Virus record (IMG/VR): IMGVR_UViG_3300029828_000006
Location: 1-64,000 of that record
Source of the DNA: a virus
Taxonomy: Duplodnaviria > Heunggongvirae > Uroviricota > Caudoviricetes
Length of the DNA stretch: 64,000 nt
Direction: 5' to 3' (one strand)
Shown here: positions 9,104 to 17,138 of the stretch, piece after piece
How the letters are laid out: every line of letters starts with the position of its first letter
Position numbering within the stretch: the first letter of the stretch is position 1
Made by a program: the position numbers and the translations under genes
The notes under the pieces: model-generated
Database searches by the model: none
Seen by the model: only the letters and a program-made list of their open reading frames with translations
Told to the model about the DNA's origin: nothing

Positions 9104-10606
9104 ATCCAGATCCGGCATTTCGATATCCGCCAGAACCTGATCTCGGAAAGTTGCCATTTCGGCACCAATATCTTCATTAGCAGGCACATAGTCCACCAGC
9201 ATAGTGAAGCAGTAGGTATCCCATCGGTCAGGCGATTTGATGTTTAGCTTTTGCCGCATGTGCTCTTTGCGCATCATCGCCATTTTCCCTTCTTCATTCA
9301 GTAAAAAGGGGATTTTTGACGCTTGCTCTGCCGTTTTAGGGTCACTGTCTATCCGCATACGCCCTGACTTTATGGCATCACGCGCCATAATGTTTGCGTA
9401 GGCACGCTGATTAACAAATCGCTCCCTGTCTTTGTTCGCAAACATGGGTTTTCCCCACCGAATACGTACCGGGTTCGCACCACGACGCACCAACTGCGCA
9501 CACGTATCAGAACCAAAACCATCAGCATCAACCGCGATTGTTATATTCGGGTATTTTTCCGGCGTACATTCGTTATATATGAAGTCAGCAAAGGCCAATG
9601 GGTCCATAGTGCCAGGCATCTCCATTACCTTAAAGTTAACAACGCGCCGCTTATCCCTGTGACCTGATACCTTGCAGATGTTGAGGACCGACTTATCTCG
9701 CCCATTACCAACGTCAGCCGTTGCCACCCATCCCCAGTTTTTCTCCAACAACACCTTGCGGCGAGCAGCGCGATCGCATTCATCACGACCAAGCAAATAG
9801 CCGTTAATTTCTCGTGGGAACTGACCAAGCACCTTGACCATGTACTCAATAGAATCGCGCCCGCCATATTCCAGAAGCTTCTCCTTGATGAATTGTGGTG
9901 TGACGAACGGTGATTCTTCCGAGTTAAGAACAATTGCTGTCCAGATCCCTTTCGGGTTGTCTGGGGTTTTTGCTCGAGAATGGTGCGAATCGTAGAAATA
10001 ACCACTTGGCCTTGTTGGCTGGGATAGCATCAACATCCGGTTATCTTCTTCAGTAAGAGCACCGGTCATTACGCCGATCGCCTTATCAGATATACCAGAT
10101 GCTTCATCCAGAATTAGAAGCAAATGTGCCGCGTGTTCCCCCGCCAGCGCTTCTTCGTTGCCGAGTCGATAACCTTTGCAGAGAACTTCCCAAATCCCCT
10201 TACGGGAGCGCTCATAAAACATGGTGTCAGAGAGGACAAAATAGGTCTGCAACCACCCATGACGCTTAACTGCATTCGCCCAATACTGTTTAACGTATTT
10301 GAATACGCCTGTTTTTACCTGGCCTATCTTGTTAGCAACAATGATGACACGGGCATCGGGGAACAGGATCATAAAAATCAACAGCAACATCGCGGTAAGG
10401 GACGACTTCCCCGTTCCGTGTCCGGACGTGACGGTCGTCCTACTCCCCGTTTCCTGCACTGACTGAATGATCTGCTGCTGCTGGTGGGAGGGGAACATCC
10501 CAAAAATATCGACTACAGCCTGGGTAAAGTTGTAGCGGTATTTGATTACCATATCGCGCCAGCGTGGATCGCTGGTGACGCATTTAATCTTGCGCCCGCC
10601 AGCCAT
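9098..10606 (-). CDS. pacB: PacB, terminase large subunit
   Basis: 502 aa with Walker A-like TSGHGTGKS and LILDEA; start overlaps pacA stop. Confidence 0.8.
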   Translation of the reverse strand: MAGGRKIKCVTSDPRWRDMVIKYRYNFTQAVVDIFGMFPSHQQQQIIQSVQETGSRTTVTSGHGTGKSSLTAMLLLIFMILFPDARVIIVANKIGQVKTGVFKYVKQYWANAVKRHGWLQTYFVLSDTMFYERSRKGIWEVLCKGYRLGNEEALAGEHAAHLLLILDEASGISDKAIGVMTGALTEEDNRMLMLSQPTRPSGYFYDSHHSRAKTPDNPKGIWTAIVLNSEESPFVTPQFIKEKLLEYGGRDSIEYMVKVLGQFPREINGYLLGRDECDRAARRKVLLEKNWGWVATADVGNGRDKSVLNICKVSGHRDKRRVVNFKVMEMPGTMDPLAFADFIYNECTPEKYPNITIAVDADGFGSDTCAQLVRRGANPVRIRWGKPMFANKDRERFVNQRAYANIMARDAIKSGRMRIDSDPKTAEQASKIPFLLNEEGKMAMMRKEHMRQKLNIKSPDRWDTYCFTMLVDYVPANEDIGAEMATFRDQVLADIEMPDLDI

Positions 10607-11970
10607 TAATCATCCTCCGGCGGTTCTATCGCGATATCATCATCTCCGGCGTCATACCCTGCATCAGATGCATCATAATCACCGTAAATTTCAGCCGTTG
10701 CCGAAGGGTCAATATCCAGCTCTTCGTCGTTGGCCTCGAATTCTCCAGCTTTACGCTCGCCATTGCGGTCGTAATCTCCGCACCCCAATTCTTCAACAAT
10801 GGTTGCCACATCCGCCCGGCGCTCTGCCAGCCATTGCGGATGGTTAGCCTGAAGCGTTGCAAACTCCCTTGCCTCTTTGTCCAGCTGTTCATCATCAACA
10901 TCATTGACGTCAGAAACAGGTGGTTCGAGAAGAGTGATAGCTTTCGCCGCGCGCGCCGCGAGGATAGCCGGGACGCTGACACCCTGGCGCTCGATGTATT
11001 CAGCAACACCGATATCATCCAGTTCCTCGCGCTCACGCATACGTATAGCGGCGGCGATAACTCTGGCTGCGCGTGCGTCAGCGCCAATGCGATATTCAAT
11101 CTCTTTGCCACGCTGTTCGGCCTGTAGGCGTGCTAATTCGAGTTTTTCTCTGGCCTCAGCCTCTTTGAATGCTTGCTGGCGAGCGCTCTGACGAAGCTTT
11201 TCATCCCCCTGTCGCAGCTTTTGTTCGGACTGATATATAGCTGCCAACCTACTGATAAAATCATTCATGTAGTAGGCCGCGTCACTGATTAGACCGAGAA
11301 GGCGCTGCCCAGGGTGCATTCCTTCTGGCTCTTTATCGCCCAAGGCGTCTATTTCCGCCTGTAGACGTTCGGCCTCCTGATCAACAATGCTTTGATACTG
11401 AAGTGCGCGCTCTTGCGCCATTTGAATTGCTAACCGCAGGTGTTCTTCTGCGCCGTTCTTCATCATATCGCGAGCCACATTCGTAGTTGGCAATGTGGCA
11501 CGCTGCACAGCACCGTCAGGGATCATTGCAGAAGATCCCTCAATTTTTGGGGCGTTTTTATCTTCTTCGGGGATCATTTTCGCCATTTTTTCGCGCAATG
11601 ATCTCCTGACGGATTCTTTTATCTCATTGTTATTATTTGAATTATTTTCATGATCCGAAGTTTTCTTTCTCGGCATACTTCGGAAAGAACCTGCGCCCTG
11701 CGAATTGTCAATTTCTGTAAATTTTGTTTTTTCTGCACCCTCTTCCAGCTTTTTTGTTGCTCTTCCCGCCCGTTTTTTTTCAGGTGATTTGGTGCTTTTT
11801 TTTGTTGTCTTTACCTGCGACCGCACCTCATTTTTTTTCATATTGAGATGCTTTCTGGCTGTATTGAAGCTAAGGCCATGCTCCTCACAGTATTCCTTTA
11901 CAGTGATCCCTTTTTCTTCACGCAACGCTATAAAGCGGGCGCGGTGCTCCTCCCAATTAACCAGACTCAT
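10606..11970 (-). CDS. pacA: PacA, terminase small subunit / pac recognition
   Basis: 454 aa, N-terminal HTH-like, acidic C-terminus; contains GATC cluster. Confidence 0.75.
   Translation of the reverse strand: MSLVNWEEHRARFIALREEKGITVKEYCEEHGLSFNTARKHLNMKKNEVRSQVKTTKKSTKSPEKKRAGRATKKLEEGAEKTKFTEIDNSQGAGSFRSMPRKKTSDHENNSNNNNEIKESVRRSLREKMAKMIPEEDKNAPKIEGSSAMIPDGAVQRATLPTTNVARDMMKNGAEEHLRLAIQMAQERALQYQSIVDQEAERLQAEIDALGDKEPEGMHPGQRLLGLISDAAYYMNDFISRLAAIYQSEQKLRQGDEKLRQSARQQAFKEAEAREKLELARLQAEQRGKEIEYRIGADARAARVIAAAIRMREREELDDIGVAEYIERQGVSVPAILAARAAKAITLLEPPVSDVNDVDDEQLDKEAREFATLQANHPQWLAERRADVATIVEELGCGDYDRNGERKAGEFEANDEELDIDPSATAEIYGDYDASDAGYDAGDDDIAIEPPEDD
11510..11656. other. candidate pac site (cluster of TGATCN/GATC elements)
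   Basis: Five GATC within 147 bp inside pacA 5' part, in two groups, resembling P1 pac hexamer organisation. Confidence 0.35.
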
Positions 11971-12359
11971 AAAGCAACACCACGCTTTTTAACGGCGGCA
12001 TTCCACAGCTTATTCGCCATGTCCACCAGCTCTCGTTGCTCTTTTCGCGCCTGTTCGACTGATTTCCTGCTACAGTTTTTAACCAGTAAACTGCCATATT
12101 CAGGGGTTCGCCCACGCACCTTGAACTGATATCCGTTCAGGCCATGCAACCAGTATTTTCGTGGGTAAACACGATCATCAAGCTCACAGATTGCCCTGCT
12201 TGAACGAACAAAATGACGAATGATGTTAGTTACACTTACTCGTGAAACATGGAGATGAGGGTATTTTTCTTTGGCGAGAGTGGTAATTTCAGTGACTGTC
12301 AGATAGCAGTCAGCCCTGATCATGATATCCGCAATTTCTGCGCTGCTGATTTGTTCCAT
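11967..12359 (-). CDS. Lpa-like late promoter activator (positional)
   Basis: 130 aa ORF overlapping pacA start, at the position lpa holds in P1; operator-like motif upstream. Confidence 0.35.
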   Translation of the reverse strand: MEQISSAEIADIMIRADCYLTVTEITTLAKEKYPHLHVSRVSVTNIIRHFVRSSRAICELDDRVYPRKYWLHGLNGYQFKVRGRTPEYGSLLVKNCSRKSVEQARKEQRELVDMANKLWNAAVKKRGVAL

Positions 12360-12435
12360 TAATCCCCCGGGCAGGAAATGACCGAGGGGATGATAATGAG
12401 AATGTTAAAACTGTATAGACTGGTAAAAAGATGAT

Positions 12436-12451
12436 TGTATTAGAAAATTAA
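12436..12451 (+). promoter_or_regulatory. motif variant TGTATTAGAAAATTAA
   Basis: In the lpa upstream region; weaker consensus match. Confidence 0.3.
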
Positions 12452-12467
12452 TACTAAATATCTAATG

Positions 12468-12860
12468 CTACCAGCGAGACAAACGAACAACATGTTTCAC
12501 TTTTGCGATCCACTGTCCGCGATAACTATTGATTACGGCCTGTGCCAGCTTCAAATTGGCTTCAAAATCAGCCTTACTACCATCAGACTCCACCAGCATT
12601 CCTCCATCTATTTCTGGTAAACATAGATAATCCTGCTCAACCTGCAGCGGCATTGATGGCTCTCTGAATGGGGTTACTTGCTCTGCTTTCCAGCGAAATC
12701 TAACCCTTATCCCCCTGGTGGTCATTACTAGATAGCCTGTTATAGTGCTTTTATGGCCCACATCAGTACGCGTGGCATTGCATGACACGATCTTACAGTT
12801 AGCGATAGACCACTCCATATTGGTGGCCTGTTGAGTGCTTAATTTGGTAGTCCCGTACAT
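12468..12860 (-). CDS. hypothetical protein (130 aa)
   Basis: Coupled to upstream gene; no domain recognised. Confidence 0.45.
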   Translation of the reverse strand: MYGTTKLSTQQATNMEWSIANCKIVSCNATRTDVGHKSTITGYLVMTTRGIRVRFRWKAEQVTPFREPSMPLQVEQDYLCLPEIDGGMLVESDGSKADFEANLKLAQAVINSYRGQWIAKVKHVVRLSRW

Positions 12861-13435
12861 CAGAAAGCCTCCCAGTCAGTCGCGATAATATCCACACCAG
12901 TTGCAAACCAGTCTGTCTGCGCCTGTAAATCACCATTCATCATTACCAGGCGAGGCATCACCATCACATCGCACCCTTCCACAATATCGAATGCCTCTTC
13001 CGGCAAGAATTCGAAGAGCTTTTCTTTGCTGCCAATGCTGCCACGGAACATCGATATATAGCTCCCTTTAGGCCATGATGTCCGCCGGGCATCAAGCCCT
13101 TTCATCATCCAGTAAAAAGCCGAGGAAAAAGGGATATTCTTTTTGCCAATGATTACATTATTCGCTTCTGTGTACTTCAGGAACTTAACTAACCTTACCA
13201 TTGACTCGGATAACGCAACGTATGGCTCATGATTGATTGCTGACACGCTTACACCGTGCAATCCAACGCTTACCACTGTCATATCGCCGCTCTGTGCGGT
13301 TTCGATATTGACGCCTTTGCGAACTAATGAGGCGTAAAGTTCCTCTCGCTTTTGGGTCCAGCGTTCCCGCTTCCCTATGAAGTCACTCAAAATGAGATCT
13401 TCTTCTGCATATGCGTTATCGTTCGCCATTAACAT
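12860..13435 (-). CDS. protein with C-terminal DUF2829-like domain (191 aa)
   Basis: AFYWMMKGLDARRTSW ... DIIATDWEAF matches DUF2829 pattern. Confidence 0.4.
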   Translation of the reverse strand: MLMANDNAYAEEDLILSDFIGKRERWTQKREELYASLVRKGVNIETAQSGDMTVVSVGLHGVSVSAINHEPYVALSESMVRLVKFLKYTEANNVIIGKKNIPFSSAFYWMMKGLDARRTSWPKGSYISMFRGSIGSKEKLFEFLPEEAFDIVEGCDVMVMPRLVMMNGDLQAQTDWFATGVDIIATDWEAF

Positions 13436-13657
13436 AACGTCTCCTTTTTACACGCGCGACCATCTCTCGGTTAAACCGATAGAGATGTCGAAACTTCGTA
13501 TTAATTAAGGGTTACAGCCTGAGCGGCTATATGATGAATTGAAAGGAGTTGTGGCGGTGGTGCCTCCACCTGCCAGGTCAGCCACGCCCGGCGACGACAC
13601 TTATCAGAACCTCAATGAATGAAAATGGCTTCGTCACGAGCGCATAGCCGCAATTAC

Positions 13658-13705
13658 CACAACGGAAACGGCGCTCGCGTTAATTAAACGCCTTTTCCTG
13701 TTGTG
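13658..13705. repeat. hairpin of the conserved-leader family
   Basis: CACAACGGAAA / TTTCCTGTTGTG stem preceded by GCATAGCCGCAATTACCACAACGG leader. Confidence 0.4.
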
Positions 13706-13889
13706 CGCCGTACTCTTCCGGCTGTCACACCGAATCGCCAGGATGGTGAGTCCTCGGTCCGACGATATGAACGGGGCTTGCACATTCCGGCTACCTGGTT
13801 TGTTGCCTGAGCTAGGGGAAAAGGTAACCCCTTTAACGTCACCAGACCGCTAACGACGCATGTGCCAGACGCCGTGTTACAACCAAATA

Positions 13890-13965
13890 TGGTGGCCCCT
13901 ACCGGACTTGAACCGGTGACCGTGCGATTATGAGTCGCCAGCTCTAACCACTGAGCTAAGGGGCC
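13890..13965 (-). tRNA. tRNA-Ile2 (anticodon CAU, lysidine type)
   Basis: 76 nt with CCA; near-identical to recalled E. coli ileX; anticodon loop CTCATAA. Confidence 0.9.
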
Positions 13966-13974
13966 AATTAGTTT

Positions 13975-14088
13975 TTATTTTCGACGCCTGAGATTCTTCG
14001 CTACTTGTTCTACTCCGTATACGATCACAAGCAGAAATAGCAAAGACCATCCAGGGTTCTTATCAATATACGTCCAAAAATCCATCAT
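13975..14088 (-). CDS. small membrane peptide (37 aa), TciC-position
   Basis: ATGATGG start overlaps upstream stop; one hydrophobic helix; below track cut-off. Confidence 0.3.
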   Translation of the reverse strand: MMDFWTYIDKNPGWSLLFLLVIVYGVEQVAKNLRRRK

Positions 14089-14249
14089 GAGTTCCTGAAC
14101 GCAGCTTTAATAATCGGCAATAGCAATACCACAGCTACTGAAACCAGTGCCCCATCAGCCAACACCGACATCACTTTGCTGGTGAAATCCACCAGCACGG
14201 ACAAAACGAGAAAACCAATGGCGCACGCAATACGCGCCTTGCCAATCAT
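14085..14249 (-). CDS. small membrane protein (54 aa), TciB-position
   Basis: Start overlaps tciA stop; two hydrophobic segments. Confidence 0.3.
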   Translation of the reverse strand: MIGKARIACAIGFLVLSVLVDFTSKVMSVLADGALVSVAVVLLLPIIKAAFRNS

Positions 14250-14683
14250 TACAGATAATCTTCCACACGAAGGCCCAAACGACGGCCTACTTCTTCCAGT
14301 ACTTTGTGTTCTGCTGGCTCGATTTCACCGTCCGCTTCTGCAATCGTCAGCATGTTAACGAATACTTCTTCCGCTTCTTTTGGATCATTTTTGATATCTT
14401 CAATTTCGCGAAGGATATTCATGCGACCAACACGGAAACCAGCTTCCAGTTGCTCAGTAAAACGGGTGATTGTTGCGGTAATTTCGTTGCCAAAATGACT
14501 TAAGCGAGGATTAGAGCGGACAAGCTGATCAAGTTTCGCTGTTTCTTCCTTTTCGATTTCACCATCTGCGGCAGACACCAACAAACAGCCACCGATAATG
14601 GCCTCCATCAGATCGCGATTCTCAACCCTTTTCAGCTCTACTTTTGCTGAAGCGACTTTCTTACCGAAAAATTTACCGAACAT
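14249..14683 (-). CDS. tciA: TerB-like protein (TciA-like)
   Basis: 144 aa with paired acidic helical repeats typical of the TerB fold. Confidence 0.6.
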   Translation of the reverse strand: MFGKFFGKKVASAKVELKRVENRDLMEAIIGGCLLVSAADGEIEKEETAKLDQLVRSNPRLSHFGNEITATITRFTEQLEAGFRVGRMNILREIEDIKNDPKEAEEVFVNMLTIAEADGEIEPAEHKVLEEVGRRLGLRVEDYL

Positions 14684-14950
14684 TGGTTATCCCTCAATAA
14701 ACATGACGTATTTATTAGGTTGCGGTGCCTGGTGCCTCCAGGTGACGTTAACCAGTTAACAATTAACGCCGGGATGTTTGACTTAACCACTAAGGAGGAT
14801 TGTTTTAACTGTTCCGCGTGCGCATAGCCGCATTCACCGCAATGGTAAGAGCACTTGGCTGGCTGGGCGGCGATGACGCCTGTACGCATTTGGTGATCCG
14901 GTTCTGCTTCCGGCATTCGCTTAATTAGCCAAATACTCTTAACGTTGCAC

Positions 14951-15037
14951 TGGCGGAGAGTAATGGAATCGAACCATCATCGCTTGCGCAATGGGACGGT
15001 TTTCAAGACCGTTTGAGCACCATGCTCCCTACTCTCC
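14951..15037 (-). tRNA. tRNA-Ser (anticodon UGA)
   Basis: 87 nt type II tRNA; acceptor GGAGAGT/ACTCTCC, anticodon loop CTTGAAA, long variable arm, CCA. Confidence 0.8.
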
Positions 15038-15139
15038 AGTGATTGTGATGGTCGGTGCTGAACTCCGACACAGGGTTGTAGCAAGCCCCGCAAAGCGCGC
15101 ACTACTGTAGTTGCGGCACATCAGCCTGTGCATTCACCA

Positions 15140-15229
15140 CAATGTTGAGAACACTGGTTGTCACGCTGCAACGCAACATTTATTCGTAGATTGGGATATG
15201 ACCCCGTTACGCCAGTGTTCTCAACGTTG
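15140..15229. repeat. long-stem hairpin (18-bp stem, 54-nt loop)
   Basis: CAATGTTGAGAACACTGG ... CCAGTGTTCTCAACGTTG, one wobble; preceded by conserved leader. Confidence 0.5.
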
Positions 15230-15370
15230 TAGTGCCGGTTACGGTTCCGGCCAGGCCTCTTCCTCAACGGGGTGTTCTCCATACGGACTACCGTTTATTG
15301 GTCGTTCCTGCGGTTTATGTTGTGAAGCCAGATGCTTATCTTCTGGTTGCTTCAAAGAGCTGCACTTCAT

Positions 15371-15438
15371 CACAACGGTAAGAGCACTCGATGCATTTAA
15401 GCCAAGCCCCATAAGGGAGAATGCCCTTACCTGTTGTG
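15371..15438. repeat. imperfect long-stem hairpin, same family
   Basis: CACAACGGTAAG ... CTTACCTGTTGTG; shares leader and GCTTGGC with next unit. Confidence 0.45.
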
Positions 15439-15566
15439 TTGTGATGACCGGTGCTGATCTCCGGCTTGCGGTTATTTCAGACTCTCACGGGCGTTTATTT
15501 GCCCCGCCGAACAGCTCTTTTCCGCAATAGCTGCAATGTCTTTCGCGCATCAGCCTGCGCATTCAT

Positions 15567-15653
15567 CACAACGGTAAGGGTACTTCGTAGGGATTCGAAC
15601 CCTCTGCCAAGCACGGCGATCTCCGACGTCGCAAAATACCCTTACCTGTTGTG
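15567..15653 (-). ncRNA. tRNA-like element lacking a D-arm
   Basis: Minus strand has canonical T-arm AGGG-TTCGAAT-CCCT and a 4-bp/9-nt hairpin inside a 16-bp stem; abuts tRNA-Thr. Confidence 0.4.
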
Positions 15654-15654
15654 T

Positions 15655-15730
15655 TGGTGCCGGTTAACGGACTCGAACCGCTGACATCCTGCTTACAAGG
15701 CAGGCGCTCTACCAACTGAGCTAAACCGGC
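15655..15730 (-). tRNA. tRNA-Thr (anticodon UGU)
   Basis: 76 nt; acceptor GCCGGTT/AACCGGC, anticodon loop CTTGTAA, CCA. Confidence 0.9.
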
Positions 15731-15734
15731 AATT

Positions 15735-15821
15735 TGGTGGGGAGTGATGGAGTCGAACCACCCGAGTCGCAATGACAGTAGATTTACAGTCTACCCCGCT
15801 ACCCCTACGGACTAACTCCCC
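15735..15821 (-). tRNA. tRNA-Tyr (anticodon GUA)
   Basis: 87 nt type II; anticodon arm AGACTGTAAATCT as in E. coli tRNA-Tyr; CCA. Confidence 0.85.
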
Positions 15822-15826
15822 TGAAT

Positions 15827-15903
15827 TGGCGATGGTGGGTGGATTCGAACCACCGACCGACAGCTTAGAAGGCTGCTGCTCTATCCTACTGAGCTACACC
15901 ACC
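15827..15903 (-). tRNA. tRNA-Arg (anticodon UCU)
   Basis: 77 nt; anticodon loop CTTCTAA; CCA. Confidence 0.85.
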
Positions 15904-16094
15904 ACTGTGCCGGGTACGTCTCCGGCGAGGGCTTCCACCTCCGTATGCTTTTCGGCGCACCGCGCCCTGGCTGCAATTCAGTAACAGGGGATGCATAACC
16001 CTGGCTTCCAGCGTGATTAGCGCCTTCAGCATGACGGGATATACCCGTAACCAACAAACTTTCCCATATACCATCAAGCAATGGCTGTTACGCG

Positions 16095-16190
16095 GGAGGG
16101 ACGTAACAGGTAAGGGCGCTGACCAGAAAGACCTGACCCTTCTCATTCATCTGGTTAATCACACCAGCGCCCTTGCCTGTTATGCCTCCC
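16095..16190 (+). repeat. long hairpin (17-bp stem, GGGAGG/CCTCCC extension)
   Basis: AACAGGTAAGGGCGCTG ... CAGCGCCCTTGCCTGTT; shares ACAGGTAAGGG start with minus-strand units. Confidence 0.5.
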
Positions 16191-16408
16191 CGTTCCCTAA
16201 TACACAGACGGGGACACTCTGCGGTCGATTTTTTGACGGGGGACGACTCATACCCCGTGGCGTCAGGCTTCTTAGGCCGCTACCATCATCAGATCATCGT
16301 TTGCATTTACTTTAATGGTCGGGTTCTAAACCGCCGCAAAGTCGCTAACCATGACGAAAACCCTAAAAAAGCCCACCCGAAGATGGGCAAATACGCTACA
16401 TCTCACAC

Positions 16409-16485
16409 AAGAAAGAAGCCGACTGCCTGAGCTGGATTCACTTTCAAATGCCCGCTGAAAGGGATCACAAGTCGGCTTCTTTCTT
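16409..16485. repeat. perfect 16-bp stem hairpin with 45-nt loop
   Basis: AAGAAAGAAGCCGACT ... AGTCGGCTTCTTTCTT. Confidence 0.5.
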
Positions 16486-16702
16486 GATGCGGCACTCTCT
16501 CCGCCCGTCACCGCTCTGTCTCGGTTGTCGCGTTTGCCACGCCAGCCATAACGAGGTTTAAAGTCTTTTCACGTTCCCATCACTCGACTGCCGTCTGTGG
16601 CTGTTCGTTGCAGCGGGGGTGCCTCCCCCTGGGGATATCCCCGGCCTTACCCCATTCTTTCAAGACACAATGCAAGGCCACATCCGCATAGGTGCATTAC
16701 CG

Positions 16703-16767
16703 CAACATTAAGGAGACTCAGGGCAAAAGGTAACCGCCACAAAAATCCCTATGCCTCCTTAATGTTG
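16703..16767. repeat. perfect 13-bp stem hairpin with 39-nt loop
   Basis: CAACATTAAGGAG ... CTCCTTAATGTTG with leader-like GCATTACCGCAA before it. Confidence 0.5.
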
Positions 16768-16966
16768 AAGATGTGCATTGATGATTAGATGCAGCATGTA
16801 CCGTTACTCTCTGCCGGACCATCATCAATGAACACCTTAAAAAGACCTTCCGTGGCTCAACATGTATTGTCGTTTACTCCGCAAAGTGCTCTCTCTGAAA
16901 CCACTTTCCGCACTAAACCTGTTGAACTTTGGTCTGCTCGGTGCCAAAGCGTGCTCTTGGTTTACT

Positions 16967-16982
16967 ATACTTTTCTAACACT
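16967..16982 (-). promoter_or_regulatory. motif variant (rc GTGTTAGAAAAGTATA)
   Basis: In non-coding region; partial match. Confidence 0.25.
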
Positions 16983-16994
16983 TTAATTTGTTAA

Positions 16995-17070
16995 TTGCTG
17001 GTGGGCAAACAATAACCAATAAGTGACTATCAAGCCCAGCAAGCGAAACGTGGGTACCGCCCACCAGCAA
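16995..17070. repeat. perfect 12-bp stem hairpin with 52-nt loop
   Basis: TTGCTGGTGGGC ... GCCCACCAGCAA. Confidence 0.45.
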
Positions 17071-17122
17071 GGAAAATTCTATGTTAAGTCATCTTCACAA
17101 TCAATACATTCGAATTGTGATT

Positions 17123-17138
17123 TTAGATTTCTAACACA
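17123..17138 (-). promoter_or_regulatory. conserved motif (rc TGTGTTAGAAATCTAA)
   Basis: Immediately beyond the 3' end of 17139..18362. Confidence 0.4.

Noticed and set aside
15111-15530. 139-aa plus-strand ORF and other 60-100 aa ORFs across 15100-17000
   Set aside because: They run through tRNA genes and long hairpins, lack RBS, and have Cys/Arg-rich low-complexity translations typical of non-coding GC-rich DNA.
15567-15653. Calling the T-arm-containing unit a sixth functional tRNA
   Set aside because: No D-arm or canonical anticodon arm could be folded, the acceptor stem would be 16 bp, and no CCA is present; kept as tRNA-like only.
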